Source of the DNA: a virus | IMG/VR virus record: IMGVR_UViG_3300028197_001229 | Span: 21,106 to 85,105 of that record | Strand: one strand, 5' to 3' | Length of the DNA stretch: 64,000 nucleotides | Part shown: one piece after another, positions 10,649-20,515 of the stretch | How the letters are laid out: each line of letters opens with the position of its first letter | Position numbering within the stretch: the stretch's first letter is position 1 | Position numbers and translations under genes: made by a program | The notes under the pieces: model-generated | Database searches by the model: none | What the model was told of the DNA's origin: nothing | The model's input: only the letters and a program-made list of their open reading frames with translations

Positions 10649-11008
10649 ATGTCCGAAGAAGAAAATAAAGATCCCCAGGAAGAAAATAAAGATCCTCAGG
10701 AAGAAAATGACGAGAGAACATATAGACTCTTGGTTAAACTTTCATTAAAACCTGAAGGGGAAAACGTAAAACCATTTTCTATGGTAGAAACAGAAATGCC
10801 TATACCATTTTTATTAGATAAAGATCAGTTGTTGTTAGCAGAGCCTAGATTTAGGCAGTTACTAGATTCTGTAGTAGAATCTTTTACACTTAAGACTAGT
10901 ATTGAAATTAACAAACTAATTGAACTTAATAAAGATGAGGATGACCAACCGGTTCAAAACCAAGGTCTAGGTATGTCAGATATAGATGAATTAGAAATAG
11001 ATGAGTAA
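10649..11008 (+). CDS. Hypothetical acidic protein
   Basis: 119 aa, A-rich leader, EENKDPQ duplication. Confidence 0.6.
   Translation: MSEEENKDPQEENKDPQEENDERTYRLLVKLSLKPEGENVKPFSMVETEMPIPFLLDKDQLLLAEPRFRQLLDSVVESFTLKTSIEINKLIELNKDEDDQPVQNQGLGMSDIDELEIDE
10658..10708 (+). repeat. 21-bp tandem duplication (about 2.4 copies) encoding EENKDPQ
   Basis: gaagaaaataaagatccccag gaagaaaataaagatcctcag gaagaaaat. Confidence 0.9.
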
Positions 11009-11013
11009 ACAAA

Positions 11014-12126
11014 ATGAAAATTTTATCAACCGCCGACAACCATCTAGGGTTTCGGCAATATGGTTTAATCCAGCGAGAACTGGATATAGAGGATAGTTTT
11101 AGAGCTATTTTAGAATTAGGCGTAAAAGAAAAAGTAGATGCGATAACAGTAAGTGGAGACATACTACATAGTGTACGTCCTACATCACATACAATACAAT
11201 TCCTGAAGAATTGTCAGGAATACTTAAAATACAATAAGTTACTGTGCCTGGTTAGTATAGGTAATCACGATAACTCCAAGCCACACTGGATACGGAATTT
11301 ATCTGAATCTAGTATAGACTACGGGTTTAAGGTTCTTAACGACGAGACTTATGTAGTTGAGAACGTAAGTCAAAAGATAACTGTATACGGTAAAACGTTT
11401 TGTAGTAGAGAAGAGTTTGATACGGGTAACTGTTTGCCGAAGTCGGTGGACATGTTACTAATGCATCAATCATTCAATGAAATAACTACTTTCCCAAATG
11501 AAAAAAGTTTTGGGGTAAGTGATTTTGAAAACGTAACAGCTAAGTTAGTTGTAGTGGGTGATACACACATTCACCGTAAAGGATTGTACACTTTGGATAA
11601 CGGGGGCGAAATAGAAATATGCTCTCCCGGATCTTCAGAACTAATGAGCGAATCAGAAGAGGTGGAGAAGTTTGTCTTCATACACACTTTTTGCGAAGGA
11701 GAACTCAATACAGAATCAGTAGCAATTGATACTAGAAAAGTAGTAAAATTTGAGGTACGAACAGAAGAAGAAGCTGAAAATGCTTTGATTGTTCTGGAAG
11801 AAGTTAAAAAATTAAAGCCACTGGTCTTCTTAAAGTTTGATACTGATATTAAGGATATACTACACAGGTGTAGAAAACAAGTAGACGCGGGAGAGGTTAT
11901 AATCCGACCCAAGCCTATAATGAAAAATATAGACGGTTCTGTAGATCAAGAAAGTAAACAAGATCTTACGTTTTCTGATATATTGAAATCACTTATCCCA
12001 GATAAACCGTCTCAATTTGAACTTGTATCTCAGCTCTTGAATCCCGAGGCTGATGTTAACTCATTAATAGATAACTATGTCGAAACAAGGTTAAAGTATT
12101 TTGACACAACTGAGGAACAGTCATGA
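11014..12126 (+). CDS. sbcD: SbcD/Mre11-like metallophosphoesterase nuclease
   Basis: Motifs 'ADNHLG', 'GDILH', 'IGNHD', 'MHQ', 'GDTH', 'PGS'. Confidence 0.9.
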   Translation: MKILSTADNHLGFRQYGLIQRELDIEDSFRAILELGVKEKVDAITVSGDILHSVRPTSHTIQFLKNCQEYLKYNKLLCLVSIGNHDNSKPHWIRNLSESSIDYGFKVLNDETYVVENVSQKITVYGKTFCSREEFDTGNCLPKSVDMLLMHQSFNEITTFPNEKSFGVSDFENVTAKLVVVGDTHIHRKGLYTLDNGGEIEICSPGSSELMSESEEVEKFVFIHTFCEGELNTESVAIDTRKVVKFEVRTEEEAENALIVLEEVKKLKPLVFLKFDTDIKDILHRCRKQVDAGEVIIRPKPIMKNIDGSVDQESKQDLTFSDILKSLIPDKPSQFELVSQLLNPEADVNSLIDNYVETRLKYFDTTEEQS

Positions 12127-12767
12127 GCGTTCAAGAACCTGTAACCCCCATAAGGATTTATCAAAAAATACCAAACGACGTACTGACAAGACAAAGAACG
12201 TACGCCCGTTACCACCCGTATGGTGGACATAGAGCATTCACAGACTCAAAGTATGGTGACCTAGAAGAAGCTAATGGTCTAAGGATTTTGGGAGAGTGTA
12301 TTAACGCTAACGGTCAAACATTCAATTATTTGTATGACGCACTTAGTGGACATTACCAACAAATTTATGATCCTAGGTTTATACTTACAGTACAGCCCTG
12401 TGAGGGGTGGTTTGATCTTTTTACTCCAGCGTATTTTGGTTTTTATATTGAGTACGAAGACTTAATGACGGAATCTGTAGTAAACATTATATATAGGATA
12501 TACAAAAAAATTATATCGAAATCTAAAAAAACAATTGAGTTTAAAAAACTAAAAAAAGCTGTCACAACAAGTGGTGTGGGTGTCGCAGGTGCTTTAATCG
12601 ATATGTTTAATGTTCGCGTGTTAGAGTATACTGCTACAGACACAGATCGTCTACGGCATGAAAAAGTAAAAGCGTATGAAGTTCATAGTGATTCAACTGA
12701 AGTGCTACGAGAAGCAGCAAACATTCTTGCTATGATGAAGTATGGAGTAGATCCAGTTAAGATATGA
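12123..12767 (+). CDS. Hypothetical protein between sbcD and sbcC
   Basis: 214 aa with ATGA overlaps at both ends. Confidence 0.65.
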   Translation: MSVQEPVTPIRIYQKIPNDVLTRQRTYARYHPYGGHRAFTDSKYGDLEEANGLRILGECINANGQTFNYLYDALSGHYQQIYDPRFILTVQPCEGWFDLFTPAYFGFYIEYEDLMTESVVNIIYRIYKKIISKSKKTIEFKKLKKAVTTSGVGVAGALIDMFNVRVLEYTATDTDRLRHEKVKAYEVHSDSTEVLREAANILAMMKYGVDPVKI

Positions 12768-14992
12768 AAATTAAAAAAATAACACTTAATAATTTCGGTA
12801 TACATCGAAATTTATCATTTGAGATTGGAGATGCTCCAGTTGTTGGTTTACTCGGCAAGAACGGATCTGGTAAAAGTACAATACTAGATTCTGTAAAGTA
12901 TGCACTTACAGGTGAGATCGAGGGAAAAATAGAAGATTCAGTAACAATAGGTGAGAAGAAAGGTTTTGTTGAATTACTAATAGAAAAAGACGGAGCTAGT
13001 ATACGCATAAAGCGAGAGGTAGGTAAAACACCCAAAAAAGAATTCGAGAAAGACGGTAAAGTAGTAACTAGCTCAAAAGAAATTGAGAGCGAAATACAAG
13101 GAATGTTATCTGTTGATAAAAAAGCATTGTCCAATGCCTGTTTTCTAAAACAAGGTAGTTTAAATGACTTGTTGTTTGGTACAGAATCCTCGCGTGAACA
13201 GTTGTTTATAAAGCTAGTCAATCTCTCGTTCTGCGAGAGATATGCAGCAGTAGTAGATACAAAGCTAAAGTCATTACAGGCAGGTGTTGAAGATTTACAA
13301 GGCTTGACTGACGAAATAAACATTCAGCGTATGGACTCTATTGTAGAGAAAGAACTGCTTGAAAAACAACTAGCTAGAGTAACTGACTACAAACCTATAA
13401 CATCTGTCGTTTACGAACAGATCAGGCTTTCGGATGAAAACGAAAGACTATCTAGAGAGATAACACTGATAGGGTCCGATGATAAACTTACTAAAACTAC
13501 AATCGGTACTATTAACCTTAGGTGGAATACTGTGGACAGAATACAACTTGAAGATAAGTTAAAAGAATCCAGAAATAGTTCAACAGAGTTATTGCAGAAA
13601 AAATCTAATGTAATTAGTGAAAAAAATGCAAAAATACGGTATGAAAATACCCTACAAAAAATAACAGAAACTAAAAATGAAATCGAAGACCTAGAAAAGT
13701 TAATTACTAGTAACGATACTAGTCTAGAGCAGTTAGTTATACCAGATACTAATATAGAAGTTTATAAAAAAGAACTAGACGATGCTAAAGACTCAATAAA
13801 AAAACTAGGTATGTTACTATCAATATATCATACGTGTGACAGTGAGTCTGCAACGTGCCCTACATGTGGGTCAGATATATCCAGTAAATTAAATTCTGGA
13901 GATGTCGAAACTTGGAATAAAGAACTAAAAATAGCAGTTGCAGATAAAGGATCAGTAGAAGTTAAAATAGCAAAAGATACCGAACGGTTCAGTAACTATG
14001 AACTCACCAAACACAACCTGATGTCGGAAAACCAAATAAATAAAATACGTTTGGAACATATGACTAAGGATTTTCACCGATACACCGAAAGTATGGTGAG
14101 CTTAATGGATGGTGCCAACATAGGTAGTAAAGAAAAAGAATTAGAAACTATAAACCAAGCTATAAATGAACAAGATGCTACTGTAAAACTATTGGAGCAA
14201 GATCTGTATAGAGTTATCGAGGCCGAGACAAAGCTTGCAAACAACAGCAGCTTTGTAGTTAGTAAGAAAGCTATGCTAGACTCAAATCACACAAAAAGTG
14301 TAACAAACTCAAAAAACATACCTGAGTTTTTAGAGTCTCTAAACCTTAGTGATTTTATAGGACTAGATAATGAAAAATTAATAAAAGAATTAGAATGCTT
14401 ACAGTTACAACGGTCGGAGGCTGAGGGTAGGTTAAAACAAGCTAGTGAATCATTTGATAAGATAAATAACAGGTATGCTGAGGTACAAGACAGAATGACT
14501 AAAAATAAAAGTCGACTGGCTGTTGCTGAAGAGTTACGTGAAATAAAAGAAATTTTATCAAAAAAAGGACTACCTAGCGCTTACATAGCTCACAAGTTTA
14601 CGATACTAGCAAAACTCACATCAGAAAACCTGACGATTCTAAATGCTGATTTTACAGTAGATATAGATCCAGACGCTTTTCTTTCATTCGTTTTTGAAAG
14701 ATTTGACGGAAAAGATATGGTGCGGTTGCCTATGAACAGACTGTCAGGTGGACAAAAAGTACGATTGTGTATTGCATTCTTACTGTCCGTACAACAAGAG
14801 CTCGTACCAGATATAGGTTTCCAGACATTTGACGAACCGTCTACGCATTTAGACGAAGATGGCGTCGAAAGACTATGTTCTATGTTTAAGAGTTTACAAG
14901 ACTTGTTAAGGTGTATAGACCATCAAGTGTGGGTGTGTGATCATAATCCTTTACTTGAAGAATCTTTTAGTACAACCTTAAATCTGCAGTGA
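12764..14992 (+). CDS. sbcC: SbcC/Rad50-like SMC ATPase
   Basis: Walker A 'GKNGSGKST', Q-loop 'FLKQG', coiled coils with zinc hook 'CPTCG', signature 'LSGGQ', Walker B 'FDEPS', H-switch 'CDHN'. Confidence 0.92.
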   Translation: MKIKKITLNNFGIHRNLSFEIGDAPVVGLLGKNGSGKSTILDSVKYALTGEIEGKIEDSVTIGEKKGFVELLIEKDGASIRIKREVGKTPKKEFEKDGKVVTSSKEIESEIQGMLSVDKKALSNACFLKQGSLNDLLFGTESSREQLFIKLVNLSFCERYAAVVDTKLKSLQAGVEDLQGLTDEINIQRMDSIVEKELLEKQLARVTDYKPITSVVYEQIRLSDENERLSREITLIGSDDKLTKTTIGTINLRWNTVDRIQLEDKLKESRNSSTELLQKKSNVISEKNAKIRYENTLQKITETKNEIEDLEKLITSNDTSLEQLVIPDTNIEVYKKELDDAKDSIKKLGMLLSIYHTCDSESATCPTCGSDISSKLNSGDVETWNKELKIAVADKGSVEVKIAKDTERFSNYELTKHNLMSENQINKIRLEHMTKDFHRYTESMVSLMDGANIGSKEKELETINQAINEQDATVKLLEQDLYRVIEAETKLANNSSFVVSKKAMLDSNHTKSVTNSKNIPEFLESLNLSDFIGLDNEKLIKELECLQLQRSEAEGRLKQASESFDKINNRYAEVQDRMTKNKSRLAVAEELREIKEILSKKGLPSAYIAHKFTILAKLTSENLTILNADFTVDIDPDAFLSFVFERFDGKDMVRLPMNRLSGGQKVRLCIAFLLSVQQELVPDIGFQTFDEPSTHLDEDGVERLCSMFKSLQDLLRCIDHQVWVCDHNPLLEESFSTTLNLQ

Positions 14993-15474
14993 TACTTGAA
15001 GTTAAAATAATTTTAACAACAAACTACTTAGGTGGTGGACCCCGGGTAAATGGGGTCCGCCAGTTAAGACGTACTCACGACAACAGACTTGCTGTTAACG
15101 AAAAAGAATGGAAAGAAGATATGGCGGCAGCAGCAGCAGATTTAAAGTTAGACTTTAATAAGAACAGTGTAAGTTTAGAGCCGGGTATAGACTTCCCAGA
15201 AGTTAATGTACTAAAACGAGTATATAATAAAACAAATGTAGATCTGTTTGAAGGTGTATCAGCGGGTAATGAATTAGTATTCTCTGTGCGAATTAATGAA
15301 AATTTAGACAACTCACCAACAAAAGAAGATTTAATAAAAATATTTACCGTAGTTGGTAAGTTTATAGGTATATCCCAATTCGGTAAAAAGTTCCATTGCG
15401 GGAGGTTCACAGTTAAAACAATAATCATTTTAGGAGAAAAAGATTTTAATGTTGATAAAGATATTCTGGTTTAG
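14989..15474 (+). CDS. Stand-alone RAMP (Cas7/Csm3-like RRM-fold) protein
   Basis: N-terminal strand 'VKIILTTNYLGGG', helix 'EKEWKEDMAAAA', 'FEGVSAGNELVFSVRI' (E-x3-G-x3-F strand) and C-terminal G-rich loop 'GKFIGISQFGKKFHCGRFTV' follow the RAMP pattern. Confidence 0.6.
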   Translation: MILEVKIILTTNYLGGGPRVNGVRQLRRTHDNRLAVNEKEWKEDMAAAAADLKLDFNKNSVSLEPGIDFPEVNVLKRVYNKTNVDLFEGVSAGNELVFSVRINENLDNSPTKEDLIKIFTVVGKFIGISQFGKKFHCGRFTVKTIIILGEKDFNVDKDILV

Positions 15475-16897
15475 CGGAAGCTTAACAGTAATGGGGTCTT
15501 TCAAAGAATTAGAAAAAGCCCTGACGTATACGAAAAAATCTTTAGATTGGAACCCAGCTAAAGGTAGAAGAGAAACAAAAAGAACAGTTGAAAAGCTGTA
15601 CAGCATAGTACATCCAGGCCCTGAGAACAGGACTATTATGACTATGCAGGGTTTTAAAAACAAAGTTTTAGAAATATGTAGAAAACATAATAAAGCTATT
15701 GAGTTTTATGATCATCGACGAGTAATGCCGGATCCTAAGCTTAATTTAGCTGGAAGCTTTAGATTCAGTCAAAAAGAATTGTTTAATGAACTAATGTCTA
15801 AGGGAGAGTCAGGATTACTAAAAGCACCTACTCGTTACGGGAAGACTGTTATGATAGCAAATGCAGCTAGAGTATTTCCTAGAACTAAGACAGTTGTAGC
15901 AGCCCCGGGAGTTGATTTACTTAACCAGCTAGTAGTACAGTTAAGAGAATGGTTACCAAACAGAGAAGTTAAAGGAATATTTACCGGATCTAGAAATAAA
16001 ATACCATCAAATGATATTACTGTTTGTTCTTTTGATAGTTTGCAAAAACTAAACGCTGAAGATGTACATTTACTACTTATAGACGAGCCACACGCAGCGG
16101 TGTCAGAAAGTAGGGCTCCGTTACTAGCTAGGTTTAGGAATGCTAGGATTTACGGATTCGGAGCAACACTAGAAGGTAGGTACGATGGTGGTGATAAGCT
16201 AATAACCGGTTTGATAGGACCTATACATGCTAGTAGATCATTTACAGAAGCTGTAGAAGAAGGTGCTATTTGTCCTATCAAAGTTTATTTCTTAAAAGTA
16301 CCATTCGAAGCTTGGCCTTGTTCTACTAGAGACGCTGCTTACAGGAAACTTGTATGGAAAAATACTTATCTGTTTGAGTTAGTAAGAGAATTAACTCGAT
16401 CTGTAATACCAACTGAGTGGCAAACCTTGATATTTATAGATCAAAAGAAACAAGCCGATATGTTATCAGAGTTTGTGGACGATAGTGAAGTAGCAATAGC
16501 TGGTCGTATGAAAGCTAAAGATCGTAAAGCTTTGTTTGAAAACATGGCGGCTGGTCATATAAAGCGCTGCATAGCGACTAGCATATACGCCCAGGGAGTT
16601 ACATTTCCAGATCTTAGGGTCATGGTTAACGCATCGGGAGGTGGTGGATCGATATCATCTATACAAAAGCCCGGTCGTCTAGCTCAAGTCATAGATGGGA
16701 AGTCTAAGGGTTACCTTATAGATTTCAAGCTAGAGTGTGTGAATGACCCAAGAGAAAATAGTAACGAAGCTATATCCGAAAACTCTGTTATGTGGCAGCA
16801 GGTGGTTACAGATTGTGACAACAGAATGCGTACTTACAGAAAAATGGGTTACGAAGTTGAAATAGTAGAATCTATAAATGATTTAGAATTAGTTTAA
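15449..16897 (+). CDS. Superfamily 2 DNA helicase (UvsW/XPB-like)
   Basis: Motif I 'APTRYGKT', II 'DEPH', III 'GAT', V 'AQGVTFPDL', VI 'QKPGR'. Confidence 0.85.
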   Translation: MLIKIFWFSGSLTVMGSFKELEKALTYTKKSLDWNPAKGRRETKRTVEKLYSIVHPGPENRTIMTMQGFKNKVLEICRKHNKAIEFYDHRRVMPDPKLNLAGSFRFSQKELFNELMSKGESGLLKAPTRYGKTVMIANAARVFPRTKTVVAAPGVDLLNQLVVQLREWLPNREVKGIFTGSRNKIPSNDITVCSFDSLQKLNAEDVHLLLIDEPHAAVSESRAPLLARFRNARIYGFGATLEGRYDGGDKLITGLIGPIHASRSFTEAVEEGAICPIKVYFLKVPFEAWPCSTRDAAYRKLVWKNTYLFELVRELTRSVIPTEWQTLIFIDQKKQADMLSEFVDDSEVAIAGRMKAKDRKALFENMAAGHIKRCIATSIYAQGVTFPDLRVMVNASGGGGSISSIQKPGRLAQVIDGKSKGYLIDFKLECVNDPRENSNEAISENSVMWQQVVTDCDNRMRTYRKMGYEVEIVESINDLELV

Positions 16898-16898
16898 T

Positions 16899-17483
16899 AT
16901 GATAGATTATGACCTGTTAGAAATTGAAAACACAGCAACAAAATTAAGAACGTTATTCATTGATAAAAAAACAAAGCAACTAGGTCGTAGTTATAGACCT
17001 AGCAGAAAAATTGATACAAAAGAAAATTGGAATAAAGCAGCTATAAAGTGTGAAGCATTAGACGCGCGCCCGGAAGATTTTATAAACTCAGTATTTGCAT
17101 CTGAAGTTGGTAAAAAACATGGAGGACCCTACGTTAACCACCTACACGGTATCATGTGTGAAAAAGCATATGAGAAGTATGAGTTAGCAGGTGGTCACTT
17201 AATAGAAGAAAATAAATTGTTGTCAGAACTAAAATCTGCAACAAATCAGTGTTTTTCTGCACTTAAATATCAAGGTATTACCGCAGAAGAATATTTGTTA
17301 AAAGACACAGTACCAATAAGTTCTTGGATACGTTTGTACTTTTGTCAGGGTTCTAAGCGAATATGGCGTAAGTATGTAAGCTCTACTAAAAAAGAAATGA
17401 TTGTAAATAGCGGTATTGAAAAACTGCTACGTAAGTTTAAATTTAAAATAGAAAAGATTTATGAGTTTGATAAGTACGGTTAA
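16899..17483 (+). CDS. Hypothetical basic protein (possible helicase loader by position)
   Basis: 194 aa overlapping the start of the DnaB-like gene. Confidence 0.55.
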   Translation: MIDYDLLEIENTATKLRTLFIDKKTKQLGRSYRPSRKIDTKENWNKAAIKCEALDARPEDFINSVFASEVGKKHGGPYVNHLHGIMCEKAYEKYELAGGHLIEENKLLSELKSATNQCFSALKYQGITAEEYLLKDTVPISSWIRLYFCQGSKRIWRKYVSSTKKEMIVNSGIEKLLRKFKFKIEKIYEFDKYG

Positions 17484-18855
17484 AGAAAACCCAACTATTG
17501 TTGAAAACCAGATTATAGCAGCGTTTATAGGATCCAAAAAGTTCTTTTATGACTATGGAGAAAGTATACGAAACCTATCATCTGAGTTAGGACCCAGGCA
17601 CAGTAAATTTGATAGTTATATCAATAAGATAATCTTTGAAGCAATATGTGAATTCAGAGATAAAGCAAAAGCCGAACTCGTGCCTATGGAGTTTATTACA
17701 GACTACATTGACGGTTGTAAGGTAGGAGGCAGGTTATTACCCGAAGAAGCGGAAAATATAAGTACATACCTTTCGGGTATATATACTAGGGCTAATACAG
17801 ACACAGCCAGTTTCATACGTGGCGATTTATTTGACGCTTGGTTCGATGCTGGAATGGTAGATAGTATAATGCAGTTATCTCAATCCGCAGATACAGCTGT
17901 AACTATAGATGACTTAGAAGTTAAGTTACGTAGAATAAAAATTGCCAAATCAAGACAAGAGAAGAAATCTTTGTCGTTTATTGAGGGTATGCAGACTGAG
18001 CATGACGATGGCTTTGTAATACCAACAGGTATACATACGTTAGACGACAAGTTAGCTGGTGGCTTTAGACGTGGAGAATCCACAGTCTGTGCAGCTACCA
18101 CTGGTGGTGGTAAAACTGTACTAGCTTGTCAGTTTGCAGCTCAATGTGCAACTATGGGTCGTAAGGTAATATTTGTTACTACAGAGCAGCCTCCATCCGA
18201 GCTAACACCTAGGTTTTTAGCAAATCAATGTGCTATACCTTTTAATATGTTTACACAAAACCCAAATCCGGGAAACTCGGTTATACCACCGGAAGTATCT
18301 AATGTTAGGAAATATAGTTTAAAAATTATAAGTACAATTTCTGCTATGAATGCTAACATTAAATTTCTAGATTGGTCACAAGGTGGCGGACAATCAATAG
18401 AAAATGATTTAGATGCAGCTATAGAGGCAATAATGGAAGATCCAGAAGATGAGTTTCCGGCGGAGGTTATAATATTTGACTGGTTAGGTGGCGCACTAAA
18501 AAAAGATAGTAATAAAGATTTGCGTATTATGTACTTAGAAGGTGCCGAACACTTGCATGCTATGGCTAAACGAATGCGTTTGTCTGTAATATTGTTTGCT
18601 CAGCTTAATAAAGTAAAAGCTTACAATAAATGGAGATGTGATTCATCAATGCTAGCAGAGTGTACATCCATCCCGGATAAAGCCTCTAATGCTATATATG
18701 TAAGTACAAAATTAAATGATGACCTATCGGGACCAAACATAGCGCAAAAGTTTAACGTAGATAAAGCACGTAAGGGAACTGGGGGTATGATAGATATGCT
18801 CCGAGACTTTGGTTACCAGCGTTTTATGGTACCATCTGGAACTAACAGTGTTTAA
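17461..18855 (+). CDS. dnaB: DnaB-like replicative helicase
   Basis: 'IPTGIHTLD', Walker A 'ATTGGGKT', 'FVTTEQ', Walker B 'IIFDW', 'FAQLN', arginine finger 'KARKG'. Confidence 0.85.
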   Translation: MSLISTVKENPTIVENQIIAAFIGSKKFFYDYGESIRNLSSELGPRHSKFDSYINKIIFEAICEFRDKAKAELVPMEFITDYIDGCKVGGRLLPEEAENISTYLSGIYTRANTDTASFIRGDLFDAWFDAGMVDSIMQLSQSADTAVTIDDLEVKLRRIKIAKSRQEKKSLSFIEGMQTEHDDGFVIPTGIHTLDDKLAGGFRRGESTVCAATTGGGKTVLACQFAAQCATMGRKVIFVTTEQPPSELTPRFLANQCAIPFNMFTQNPNPGNSVIPPEVSNVRKYSLKIISTISAMNANIKFLDWSQGGGQSIENDLDAAIEAIMEDPEDEFPAEVIIFDWLGGALKKDSNKDLRIMYLEGAEHLHAMAKRMRLSVILFAQLNKVKAYNKWRCDSSMLAECTSIPDKASNAIYVSTKLNDDLSGPNIAQKFNVDKARKGTGGMIDMLRDFGYQRFMVPSGTNSV

Positions 18856-18857
18856 CT

Positions 18858-19865
18858 ATGGAAACTAATAATACGGAAATGGAACTTTGTGTTATAATGA
18901 ATAAATTTTTTAAAAGAGGAGATTGGATACCTGATGCTTTTAAGAAAATATTTAAACTAAGATCCGGGACAGATTTACCAACATGTGTGGTATTTAGTAA
19001 AATAGTATATTGGTTATCTCCTAAAAAAAATGGTAAGAAACGATACTATGGTAAACAGTTAAAATTAAGTGTATCCAATATTTCCGAGCAGACCTACTTG
19101 TCAAAAAAACAAGTTAGTCATGCTATGGAAAAGTTAGAAAAAAAATATAAGTTTATTAACAGAACAGTAAACGGTACGACAGTTTATGTTAGTCTAAATG
19201 TAGAGATAATAGAAAAAGTTTTAGAAAATAGCTTTCCAAATATGTTTAGCAAAAACGAAGTAGCTATACAAATTTGTAACACTCATATACATAAAGAACA
19301 GCATAGACCATTTCTTTCTAAGTTTCCGAAGGGAGTAACTGAACTTAATTATTGTGACAAAGATCAAATTATCGAAGAGGTTGAAAAATTAGAAATTGCT
19401 TTGAATACGAAGCAAAATGAAAAGTCTATGTACTCAATGTCCGAAGATAAATTTTATTCAATATGTAGAACTACAAAATACGCTTTAAGAGAAAAGCTAA
19501 ACTATATGTCTGAAGCTGAATTAATAGAGGCTTTTATAGTTGATGACGAATCGTCTTATCCAGCTTTCTCTAGATTTGTGTTTTTGTACAATAGTTTGTA
19601 TGAGCATTACGTAGGTTATCTTACAAGTAATGACGCTGAGTTTAAAAACTTGTTACAAACTGTGTCAGTAGAGTGCATATCAAATTTAGATGTGTACAGT
19701 AATTTATTAGTAGCATGTAGGGGTTTGGACGTAAAGTTGTTATCCGTTACTAGTGTAGCCGATTTAAAGTTAAAAAATAATTTAAAATTAACTACGCTAG
19801 AATCAGAGATAAAAACTTACGAACAAACCCTGTGCTCATTACGACAACATTTAACGTCGATTTAA
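18858..19865 (+). CDS. Winged-HTH DNA-binding protein, possibly a replication initiator
   Basis: 'VFSKIVYW...LSVSNISEQTYLSKKQVSHAMEKLEKKYKFI' resembles the N-terminal wHTH of phage initiators; lies directly after dnaB. Confidence 0.5.
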   Translation: METNNTEMELCVIMNKFFKRGDWIPDAFKKIFKLRSGTDLPTCVVFSKIVYWLSPKKNGKKRYYGKQLKLSVSNISEQTYLSKKQVSHAMEKLEKKYKFINRTVNGTTVYVSLNVEIIEKVLENSFPNMFSKNEVAIQICNTHIHKEQHRPFLSKFPKGVTELNYCDKDQIIEEVEKLEIALNTKQNEKSMYSMSEDKFYSICRTTKYALREKLNYMSEAELIEAFIVDDESSYPAFSRFVFLYNSLYEHYVGYLTSNDAEFKNLLQTVSVECISNLDVYSNLLVACRGLDVKLLSVTSVADLKLKNNLKLTTLESEIKTYEQTLCSLRQHLTSI

Positions 19866-19869
19866 AAAA

Positions 19870-20259
19870 ATGGGATTCTTTTCATGGAATTGTGTGGCCT
19901 GCAATAAGGCCTTTATAAGTGCGTGTAACTTTGATGAAAAAACAAAGTGGGCAGCAGAAGTAACAGTAGCTCTCTACTGTAAAGCTTACAGATCAACACC
20001 AGCTACTATTATACATGGTATATATGACGGTTACGGTGACGTTGGTTCTGGTGAATTTAACTTCCTTGATTGGGATACATCTCAGTATCCTGACTACAGA
20101 GCATTTCATACTACTTGCTGGGAGTTACTAGATGAGCCTGAGTTAGTAAAAGACTTGTCTTTTTACAAACCCAATCAATCGGCAGATAACCAAGGTTATT
20201 TTTTATCCGAAAGTGAGTGGGTAGACTTAGAAGACCAGCCACGACTAATACTTCACTAA
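19870..20259 (+). CDS. Hypothetical phage protein
   Basis: 129 aa, 'MGFFSWNCVAC...GIYDGYG'. Confidence 0.6.
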   Translation: MGFFSWNCVACNKAFISACNFDEKTKWAAEVTVALYCKAYRSTPATIIHGIYDGYGDVGSGEFNFLDWDTSQYPDYRAFHTTCWELLDEPELVKDLSFYKPNQSADNQGYFLSESEWVDLEDQPRLILH

Positions 20260-20260
20260 G

Positions 20261-20515
20261 ATGTCTGCAAATATACTACCAAACCGGAGATCACGACCTG
20301 GTTGCTTCAGATTCTTCTTTCACTACAACAAGCATAAACAATGCATGACTGTACACTGGAAGGGTAGTTGTCTGTTAGTTGATGAGTTAGTGTGTAATGT
20401 TCCTGTAGAAACAAAAACTTCTCAAAAACAACCACATTACGTCCTGCAAGGTTGGGCCGAGGGTGTAGAACTAGAGTTAATAAAAAATGGAAAAACAATG
20501 GCATTAATAACATGA
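20261..20515 (+). CDS. Small hypothetical phage protein
   Basis: 84 aa; its stop overlaps the primase ATG. Confidence 0.6.
   Translation: MSANILPNRRSRPGCFRFFFHYNKHKQCMTVHWKGSCLLVDELVCNVPVETKTSQKQPHYVLQGWAEGVELELIKNGKTMALIT

Noticed and set aside
14900-15500. Adjacent GGY-NN-type guide array next to the RAMP gene
   Set aside because: The gene overlaps both neighbours; there is no intergenic space or periodic repeat nearby
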